Source: an uncultured Thermoanaerobaculia bacterium (GTDB lineage Bacteria; Acidobacteriota; Thermoanaerobaculia; Thermoanaerobaculales; Sulfomarinibacteraceae). From it: DNA of 64,000 bases. This document shows, one piece after another, positions 55,505-62,507 of the stretch. The notes under the pieces are model-generated. The model was given only the letters and a program-made list of their open reading frames with translations, ran no database searches and had not been told where the DNA came from. Position 1 is the stretch's first letter, and each line of letters begins with the position of its first letter. Position numbers and translations under genes: made by a program. Location of the stretch: assembly GCA_964440565.1 (NCBI GenBank), contig CAYTTB010000004.1, positions 33,260 through 97,259 of the forward strand. The letters are read 5' to 3'.

Positions 55505-57018
55505 GGCCCCTCCCCGAACACCTGCGCCGTGAACACCTCGAGGCGCGCCCCGTGCCGCCACGCGCCGGGGTCGAGCCCGGCCTTGAGGGACAGACGCGAC
55601 AGGAACGTCGGAAGATCCCAGCCGGTCTCCGTGGCGACCTGGGGGAGGAAGACCGCCCGGTGCCCGCCCTTGGTCAGCACCACCCCGTGCACGCCGAGCC
55701 GGATCGCCTGCGGCCCCGGCACCCTGCGTGGCGGCGAGAGCACCGACACCTCCACCCGCACGTCGTCCAGCTCGTCCGGGGTGAGCTCCGGGAACCTCGG
55801 GTCGTGCGCGGCCATCACCGCCGACCGCACCACCTCCTCCGGAAGCGGCGAGGTGCCCACGATGGAGCCCATGCACGCCCTGAGATCCTCGCCCGCGGAC
55901 GCGCCCCGCCGCCTGAGCGTCACGAAGGCACCCGCCACGGCGGCCAGGTTCCCCTCCACCCGGTGGGCCGCGAACCACTCCGCCAGCTCCGGCCCGTGCC
56001 CGAGGTGGGTCTCGAGCGCCGCCCTCGCCAGCGCGAGCAGCGCCGCCCTCTCCGTCGCCGAGAGGCGTCCAAGCCGCGGTGGGGGCGGATCGTCGCGCCA
56101 CGCCGTCCACCGGCCCGAGAACGTCGCCGACACGTAGGTCACCACCCGCTCCCAGTCGCCGGTCACGTGACCCGAGGTGGTCACCTCCCCCACCGCCCCC
56201 GTCCCCTCGAAGGCGTGCGCCGCGAGCTCGGACAGCACCAGCAGGGGGTGCGCCCCGCACACCGTGTCCTCCGAGGCCAGCACCTGCATCCAGAACCCCG
56301 CGGGGTCCGGCGCCACCACCCGTCCCGCCGTGACGCGCGCGAGCCGCACCAGCCGCTCACCCAGGCCCCGGCGCGGGAACGGTGCGTAGCCGTACCCCTT
56401 CCCGTGGTGGGTGAAGTCGGACGACGCGAGCACCACCGTGCCGGGGCCGAGCAGCGGAACGAGCGCCCGCGCGATCGCCCGCGCCTCCCCGCGGTCGGTG
56501 CGCGGTCCCACCAGGACCGGGACGATGCGCACGGCGCCCATCGCCTCCCGGATCAGCGGCAGCTCCACCTCCAGGCTGTGCTCCCTCTCGTGCGCCGCGG
56601 CCGGGCCGTCGAAATAGGGCCTTCCCCTGAGCCGCTCGAGCGCCGCGCGATCGAGCGGCAGGTTCCCCAGCGGGGTGGCGAAGGCGTCGAGCCCCCCGGC
56701 GGGCAGCGCCGCGCCGGCGAACGCCATCCGGTGCGAGGGACCGAGCAGGATCACCCGGTCCGGCCGTGCCGCGGCGAGCGCCCGGATCGAGCGCGCCGCC
56801 AGCCGCCCCGAGAACGCCCACCCCGCGTGGGGCGCGATCGCGGCCACCGCCGGCGGCTGCTCGCCCGCCGCCTCGAGCAGGCGCCGCGCCTCGGCCCGCG
56901 CCGTCTCCGGGTCGGCGGGGTAGAACCCGCCCGCCACCGCCGGCGGGCGAACTCCCGCCGCGGCGGTCGCCCCCGCGGCCAGGACCGCTGCCACCATCGC
57001 GCCCCGCACGCGTCCCAC
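55501..57018 (-). CDS. fused Memo-like (AmrB) / AMMECR1 (AmrA) protein with N-terminal signal-like segment
   Basis: Memo part: AGGFYPADP...IAPHAGWAFSG...ILLGPSHR...SSDFTHHG. AMMECR1 part: GAFVTLRRRG...LRACMGSIVG...AAHDPRFPELTPDELDDVRVEVSVLSPP...FLPQVATETGWD. Start is ambiguous among 56997 ATG, 57009 or 57018 GTG, and 57150 ATG. Confidence 0.8.
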   Translation of the reverse strand: MGRVRGAMVAAVLAAGATAAAGVRPPAVAGGFYPADPETARAEARRLLEAAGEQPPAVAAIAPHAGWAFSGRLAARSIRALAAARPDRVILLGPSHRMAFAGAALPAGGLDAFATPLGNLPLDRAALERLRGRPYFDGPAAAHEREHSLEVELPLIREAMGAVRIVPVLVGPRTDRGEARAIARALVPLLGPGTVVLASSDFTHHGKGYGYAPFPRRGLGERLVRLARVTAGRVVAPDPAGFWMQVLASEDTVCGAHPLLVLSELAAHAFEGTGAVGEVTTSGHVTGDWERVVTYVSATFSGRWTAWRDDPPPPRLGRLSATERAALLALARAALETHLGHGPELAEWFAAHRVEGNLAAVAGAFVTLRRRGASAGEDLRACMGSIVGTSPLPEEVVRSAVMAAHDPRFPELTPDELDDVRVEVSVLSPPRRVPGPQAIRLGVHGVVLTKGGHRAVFLPQVATETGWDLPTFLSRLSLKAGLDPGAWRHGARLEVFTAQVFGEGP

Positions 57019-57146
57019 GTCACCAGTGATACTCCCGTCCCCCGCGACCCGCAAGGCCCCCTGGGCTGGAGTGTCCCCAGGAATTCCGGCTGTCGTGCTC
57101 GCTCCGCCACGGTCGGCCGGGACCGGGATCGGCCTCTCGGCCGATC

Positions 57147-58631
57147 TCATCCGCGCTCCGCCGGGCCCAGCAGCATCCGGTTGAGGGGGTCGCGGGTCTC
57201 GCCCACCGAGCTCACGCGGATGGCGGCCCGCTCGCCCACCGGGCAGCGGTGCTCGCAGATGCCGCAGCCCACGCACCGCCCGGGGTCCACGTGCGGCCGC
57301 CGCACCCGCACCCGCCGGCCCCCGTGCGTCGGCACCTCCACCTCCTCCAGCCAGATCGCCTTCGGGGAGGTGGGGCACATCTCCTCGCACACGATGCACG
57401 GCGTGGCCATCGCCCACGGCAGGCAGCGGCCGCGGTCGATGAAGGCGGTGCCGATGCGGACCGGCTGGCCGCCGTCGAGCCCCAGCTTGCGCGCCGGCTC
57501 CAGCCGCTCGATGGCGCCGGTGGGGCACACCTCGCCGCACCGGGTGCAGGCGTACTCGCACCATCCGCGGCGCATGTCGAGCCTCGGGGTCCAGAACCCC
57601 TCGACCCCCGCCTCGCCCACGGCGGGCCGGATCACGCCGGTGGGGCAGACCAGCTGGCAGAGGGAGCACTTCACGCACCGCTTCAGGAATTCGGGCTCGG
57701 GGAGCGACCCGGGCGGCCGGATCAGCTCCGCGCGGAGCGCCGTCCGGCCGCCGCCGGTGGCCTCCAGGATCGGCGCCGCGATCAGGCCCAGCAGCACCGA
57801 CCCCACCACCCGCCGCCGGCCCACGTCCACCGGCACCCGCTCCGGCAGCGGGGGCAGGAACCGGTAGGCGATGGCCCCCTCGGGGCACGGGTCCACGCAC
57901 TCGAGGCAGACCATGCACTCCCCCACCCGGTGCTCGCCGAGCGGCTCGTCCGCCCCCTGGCAGGCGAAGGTGCACAGGGTGCAGGTGGAGCAGGCGTCGC
58001 CCGACCGGTGGATGCGGAAGAGCGCCAGCCGGGCGAACACCCCCAGCAGGGCACCGAGCGGGCACAGCGCCCGGCAGAACACCCTCGGGATCCACCGGCT
58101 CGCCAGGACGATCGCGAGCAGGAACCCGGCCGCCAGCCACCCCCCCGGCACGGGGCCCCGGCCGGGTGCCACGGCCGCCAGTGCCCCGATCCCCCGCGCG
58201 AGGGCCGACAGCGGATCGAGGAGCCCGGTCTGGAGCGAGCCCATGGCCGCCGCCGCGAGCAGGAACGCCAGCACCAGGTACTTGCTCCGGTACCACGGCC
58301 GCCACCGGTTCGCCTCCCGGCTCTCCCGCCGCGAGCGCGGCGCGAGCAGGCGGCTGGCGAGCTCCTGCACCGTCCCCAGCGGGCAGATCCAGCCGCAGAA
58401 CACCCGCCCGAACACCACCGTGAGGGCGACGATCGCCAGCGCCCAGGCGAGCGCGGCGGGGAGGCGGCGCGCGGCCAGCCCCACACCCACCATCGCCAGC
58501 GGGTCGGCGTGGTGGAAGGCGGCGAAGGGGAGGTCGCGCGGGTCGCCCGCGAGCGCCCGCACCGCGAGCCAGACGAACAGGACCAGGAAGAACGCCTGGT
58601 AGACGATCCGCACCCGCCGGAACCAGGTCAT
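57147..58631 (-). CDS. membrane-bound polyferredoxin (NapH/NosR-like CX3CP TM region plus about six 4Fe-4S Cys motifs)
   Basis: ATG 58631 (ATGA overlap). FCGWICPLG and FCRALCPLG in the TM region. CSTCTLCTFAC, CMVCLECVDPCP, CVKCSLCQLVCP, CTRCGEVCP, CIVCEEMCP, CVGCGICEHRCP. Confidence 0.8.
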   Translation of the reverse strand: MTWFRRVRIVYQAFFLVLFVWLAVRALAGDPRDLPFAAFHHADPLAMVGVGLAARRLPAALAWALAIVALTVVFGRVFCGWICPLGTVQELASRLLAPRSRRESREANRWRPWYRSKYLVLAFLLAAAAMGSLQTGLLDPLSALARGIGALAAVAPGRGPVPGGWLAAGFLLAIVLASRWIPRVFCRALCPLGALLGVFARLALFRIHRSGDACSTCTLCTFACQGADEPLGEHRVGECMVCLECVDPCPEGAIAYRFLPPLPERVPVDVGRRRVVGSVLLGLIAAPILEATGGGRTALRAELIRPPGSLPEPEFLKRCVKCSLCQLVCPTGVIRPAVGEAGVEGFWTPRLDMRRGWCEYACTRCGEVCPTGAIERLEPARKLGLDGGQPVRIGTAFIDRGRCLPWAMATPCIVCEEMCPTSPKAIWLEEVEVPTHGGRRVRVRRPHVDPGRCVGCGICEHRCPVGERAAIRVSSVGETRDPLNRMLLGPAERG

Positions 58632-59647
58632 GCCGTCCCCAGCTCCTCCACCAGGTGCGGGTCGGCGTGTCCCAGTCCCCGCCGCTCGGCCTCGACCAGG
58701 AAGCCGAGGCGTCCGGGATCGAGACCCAGCAGCGCCGCCCCCCAGGCGTCGCACGCCACCGGGTCGGTGCCCGCCGCCACCGCGTCCATCCGGCGGACGT
58801 CCGCCAGCCGCCCTCCCTGCGGGCCGCCCGCCACCAGGATCCGGGTCGCGTCCACCACCGTGAGCGTGGGCCGGAAGGTGGCGGCGAGCTCGGCGATGCT
58901 CCGGTGGATGTCCTGGTGGAGGCGGGGACGGCCCGGGCCCAGGACACCGAACCAGTTCTTCATCCCCAGCGTGGCCCGCGACAGCGAGTGGTGCTTCACC
59001 ACCGGCACGTTGATCACCCGGTCCGCCTCGAGCAGCTCCCGCATCACGGAAAGCCCCGCGGCCCGCCCGCCCACGGCGGCGGGCACCAGCTCCAGCGCGG
59101 CACCGTACCGCACCTCGGCCCCGGCGGCCCGGGCCGCCGCCTCGATCCCCGAGCGGCCGAAGGCGCGCCGGGGGTCGTTGCACGACAGGTCGGCCACCAC
59201 CACCCGCCGCGCCCCGGCGGCGAGGCAGAGACGGACCAGCTCCCCCACCACCTCGGGGTTCGTGTCGGCGGCCTGCTCCGGCAGGCGGTCCCAGCCGACG
59301 TTGGGCTTGATCAGCACGGTCTCGCCGGGGCGAACGAAGCGCTCCATCCCGCCGAGGGCGGCCACCGCCCGCCGCACGTTGGCGGCGGGGTCCGAGCCCC
59401 GAGCCGCCACCGCGCGCACCGGCGCGCCGGACGTCCGCCAGTCGGGCACCGGCCGCGGCGCGGTCCCGCGCGGGCCGCGCCGCACCAGCCACGCCACCCC
59501 GCCGGCCGTGGCCCCGATCGCCGCCGCCGCGGCCGCGAGCCTCGCCACCGCCTCGCGGCGGCTCACCGGGGGCGGGTACGGCGCGTGCCCGCCGGAGCCG
59601 CCGTCCCGCTGCGAGCGCCGCCTCGCCACCGACACCTCCCGCCCCAT
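58628..59647 (-). CDS. DUF362-domain protein with twin-arginine-like signal (paralog of 54560..55504)
   Basis: VSRREAVARLAAAAAAIGA. VLIKPNVGW...VVKHHSLSRATLGMKNWFG...DPVACDAWGAALLG. GGAGGGGG RBS. Confidence 0.8.
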   Translation of the reverse strand: MGREVSVARRRSQRDGGSGGHAPYPPPVSRREAVARLAAAAAAIGATAGGVAWLVRRGPRGTAPRPVPDWRTSGAPVRAVAARGSDPAANVRRAVAALGGMERFVRPGETVLIKPNVGWDRLPEQAADTNPEVVGELVRLCLAAGARRVVVADLSCNDPRRAFGRSGIEAAARAAGAEVRYGAALELVPAAVGGRAAGLSVMRELLEADRVINVPVVKHHSLSRATLGMKNWFGVLGPGRPRLHQDIHRSIAELAATFRPTLTVVDATRILVAGGPQGGRLADVRRMDAVAAGTDPVACDAWGAALLGLDPGRLGFLVEAERRGLGHADPHLVEELGTA

Positions 59648-59670
59648 CGTACCCCCTCCGTCCCTGACGG

Positions 59671-59690
59671 GACGTTCAGGCGACGTTCAG
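59671..59690 (+). promoter_or_regulatory. direct repeat GACGTTCAG-N2-GACGTTCAG (11-bp phasing) in the divergent promoter region
   Basis: Copies at 59671-59679 and 59682-59690 inside the 78-nt gap between the DUF362 start (59647) and the response-regulator start (59726). OmpR/PhoB-family regulators typically bind direct repeats with about one helical turn spacing. Confidence 0.4.
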
Positions 59691-59725
59691 TCCACGGGCG
59701 GCCGGAACCGGCTATCCTGGCGCCC

Positions 59726-60412
59726 GTGGGCGCGCGGATCCTGGTGGTGGAGGACGATCCCAAGCTCGCGGAGGCGGTCGCGCGCGGGCTGGCCGCCGAG
59801 GGGTACGACGTCACCGCCCGCGCCACCGGTGAGGAGGGGTTCTACCTCGCGCTCGAGCAGCGGTTCGACCTGATCCTGCTCGACCTGATGCTTCCCGGCC
59901 GGGACGGGCTCGAGATCCTGTCGGCGCTGCGCGAGCGGGGCGTGGAGACGCCGGTGCTCGTGCTCACCGCGCGCGGCGAGGTGGAGGACCGGGTGGAGGG
60001 CCTCGACCGCGGTGCGGACGACTACCTGGTCAAGCCGTTCGCCTTCGCCGAGCTGCTCGCCCGCATCCGCGCCCTGCTCCGGCGGGGACGCCCCGACGCC
60101 CGCCTGCGCCTCGCCGCCGGCGAGCTGGAGATGGACCTGGTGACCCGCTCCGCGTCGCGTGCGGGGCAGCCGCTCGAGCTCACCGGCCGCGAGTGGGACC
60201 TGCTGGAGTGCCTCATGCGCCGGGCGGGGCGGGTGGTCTCGCGCGAGACCATCGCCCGCGAGGTGTGGCACGAGCCGAAGCGGGTGACGCCGATCGACAA
60301 CCTCATCGACGTGTACATCGCGCGCCTCAGGCGCAAGGTGGACGACCCGTTCCCGTGCCCCCTGATCCGCACGGTGCGCGGGGTCGGGTTTCGCCTCGAG
60401 GACGGGTCGTGA
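59726..60412 (+). CDS. OmpR-family response regulator, heavy-metal (CusR/CopR-like) subgroup
   Basis: ARILVVEDDPKLAEAVARGLAAEGYDV...DLILLDLMLPGRDGLEIL...PVLVLTARGEVEDRVEGLDRGADDYLVKPFAFAELLARIRALLRR...IRTVRGVGFRL. Confidence 0.85.
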   Translation: MGARILVVEDDPKLAEAVARGLAAEGYDVTARATGEEGFYLALEQRFDLILLDLMLPGRDGLEILSALRERGVETPVLVLTARGEVEDRVEGLDRGADDYLVKPFAFAELLARIRALLRRGRPDARLRLAAGELEMDLVTRSASRAGQPLELTGREWDLLECLMRRAGRVVSRETIAREVWHEPKRVTPIDNLIDVYIARLRRKVDDPFPCPLIRTVRGVGFRLEDGS

Positions 60413-61806
60413 CCGCCATCGGCCGCCTACCCATCCGTCTGAGGCTCACCATCGTCTACACCGCGGTCGTGACCCTGACGGTGGCGCTGTTCGCCGGCGC
60501 CACCCACGCCCTGGTGCGCTCCATGCTCCTGCGGACGCTGGACCGCGACCTCGAGCGCCGGCTCGCCCTGGTCGCGGACACCCTCCTCGAGGAGGCCGGC
60601 GAGCTCGGCGAGCTCGAGGACCACGGCGCCGTGCCGCTGTTCCGGATCGCGGACGCGGAGGGGACACTGTACGCCACCGCGGCATGGGACCGCGCGCACC
60701 TTCCCCCGCCGGCCCCGTCCGGCCCGTCCTGGGTACCCGCGCGCGCCGGCGCCGTCTACCGGGTCGCGGTCCGCACCGTGCGCTACCGGGGCCGCGAGAC
60801 CGCGGTGGCCGTGGCCGAGGACGCCTCGAGGGCCCTGGCCACGCTCGGAGCGCTCCGCACCGCCTTCCTGGTGGGAATCCCGGGCGTGCTCGCCCTCGCC
60901 GCCGGGGCGGGAGTGGTGCTCGCGCGGCGGGCGCTCGAGCCGGTGGGCGAGATGGCCGCCACGGCGCGCCGGATCACCGCCGAGCACCTGTCCGAGCGGC
61001 TTCCCGTGGCGAACCCGGAGGACGAACTGGGACGGCTGGCCCGGGTGCTCAACGACCTCCTGGAGCGGCTGGAGAGCTCCTTCACCCAGCTGCGCCGGTT
61101 CACGGCCGACGCCGCGCACGAGCTCCGCACGCCGCTGGCCGCGATCCGCAGTGTGGGGGAGGTGGGGCTCGAGACCGCCTCGAGCCTCGACGAGTGCCGC
61201 GACGTGGTGGGGAGCCTGCTGGAGGAGGTGGACCGGCTCTCGCGCCTCGTGGACTCGCTGCTGCTGCTCGCCCGAGCCGACGCGGGCGCGGTGCCCCTGG
61301 CACCCCAGCCGACGGACCTCGCCCGGCTGGTGGAGGAGGTCGTGGAGCTCATGCGTCCGCTCGCCGAGGAGCGGTCGCAGGAGCTGGCGCTGGAGGCGGC
61401 CGCGCGCCCGCGGGTGCGCGCCGACCATGCCACCCTCCGGCAGGCGCTGATGGACGTGCTGGACAACGCGATCCGCTACACACCGGAGGGCGGCGCGATC
61501 GGCGTGCGGGTGGCGACGCTGGACCGCCGGTGGGCGGCCGTGGCGGTGCGCGACAGCGGCCCCGGGATCCCCGAGAGCGCTCGGGAGCGGATCTTCGATC
61601 GGTTCTTCAGGGCCGGGCCCTCGCGCTCGCACGACCACCGCGGCCTCGGGCTGGGCCTGGCGGTGGCGCGATGGGCCGTGGAGGCCAACCGCGGGAGGAT
61701 CGAGGTGGCGAGCCAGCCAGGGCGGGGCAGCACCTTCACCATCGTCCTGCCGCTCGACGACGACGCCGCCCGCGCGGCGGATGGGAACACGGGAGGGCCG
61801 GCATGA
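60409..61806 (+). CDS. sensor histidine kinase, heavy-metal (CusS/CopS-like) architecture
   Basis: GTGA overlap with the RR gene. PIRLRLTIVYT start, periplasmic loop, HAMP, FTADAAHELRTPLAAI, DNAIRYTP, RDSGPGIP, GLGLGLAVAR. Confidence 0.85.
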   Translation: MTAIGRLPIRLRLTIVYTAVVTLTVALFAGATHALVRSMLLRTLDRDLERRLALVADTLLEEAGELGELEDHGAVPLFRIADAEGTLYATAAWDRAHLPPPAPSGPSWVPARAGAVYRVAVRTVRYRGRETAVAVAEDASRALATLGALRTAFLVGIPGVLALAAGAGVVLARRALEPVGEMAATARRITAEHLSERLPVANPEDELGRLARVLNDLLERLESSFTQLRRFTADAAHELRTPLAAIRSVGEVGLETASSLDECRDVVGSLLEEVDRLSRLVDSLLLLARADAGAVPLAPQPTDLARLVEEVVELMRPLAEERSQELALEAAARPRVRADHATLRQALMDVLDNAIRYTPEGGAIGVRVATLDRRWAAVAVRDSGPGIPESARERIFDRFFRAGPSRSHDHRGLGLGLAVARWAVEANRGRIEVASQPGRGSTFTIVLPLDDDAARAADGNTGGPA

Positions 61807-62507
61807 GGCGACCCGACGCGACGACGGTGCTGGGTGTGGCGCTGGCGGCGGCCCTGGTGCCGGGCGTGCCGGCGAGGGCGGAAGGGCCCGAGCCGGGTCG
61901 GCCGGCGCGGGCCGTCATCCATCTCGCCTTCGACGGGGTGGTCCCCGGAGCGCTCCCCGCCGGGTGGCGGGTGGAGGCCACGAACCCGCGCGGCCCCCTC
62001 GCCGCCTGGGCGGTGGAGGCCGAGGCGGGCGACTCGGGAGGCAACCGGGTGCTGCGCGTACGGCCCGCTCCCGGCGCCCGTCCAGGGACGTTCAACCTGT
62101 GCTGGACACGCGCGATCCGGTTCCGCGATGGGACCATCGAGGTGCGCCTGCGGGCCGAGCGCGGGGAGGAGGACCGGGGCGGCGGCCCCGTGTGGCGGGT
62201 CCAGGACCGCGACGACTACTACGTCGCCCGCTACAACCCGCTGGAGCGCAACTTCCGCGTCTACGTGGTCCGCCGCGGCATCCGCCGGCGGCTGGCGGGG
62301 GCGTCCGGGATCCGGATCCCCGGAGGGCGCTGGTGCACCCTCCGCATCGCGCACCACGGCGACCACATCGAGGGATGGCTCGACGGCGAGAGACTCCTCG
62401 ACGTGCACGACGCCACCATCCCGGCGGCCGGGGGCGTGGGCCTGTGGAGCAAGGCCGACGCCGCCACCGCCTTCGACGACCTCGAGGTGCGCGTGGAGGC
62501 GCCGTGA
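61803..62507 (+). CDS. secreted DUF1080/LamG-like (concanavalin-like) domain protein
   Basis: ATGA overlap with the kinase gene. Signal peptide ...VPGVPARAEG. GTFNLCWT....F.DG.IEVRLRA.....D.GGG.VWRVQD.DDYYV.RYN...RNFRVY......R...A........W..L.I...G..I.G.LDG..LL.V.D......G.VGLWSK.D....FDDL. Confidence 0.65.
   Translation: MRRPDATTVLGVALAAALVPGVPARAEGPEPGRPARAVIHLAFDGVVPGALPAGWRVEATNPRGPLAAWAVEAEAGDSGGNRVLRVRPAPGARPGTFNLCWTRAIRFRDGTIEVRLRAERGEEDRGGGPVWRVQDRDDYYVARYNPLERNFRVYVVRRGIRRRLAGASGIRIPGGRWCTLRIAHHGDHIEGWLDGERLLDVHDATIPAAGGVGLWSKADAATAFDDLEVRVEAP

Noticed and set aside
57019-57150. 44-codon N-terminal extension of the Memo-AMMECR1 gene starting at the ATGA-coupled ATG 57150
   Set aside because: Not firmly rejected, but disfavoured. 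The extension is non-hydrophobic and contains a copy of the otherwise intergenic TGTCCCCA motif. Starts at 56997-57018 give a normal signal peptide. Needs orthologue or proteomic evidence.
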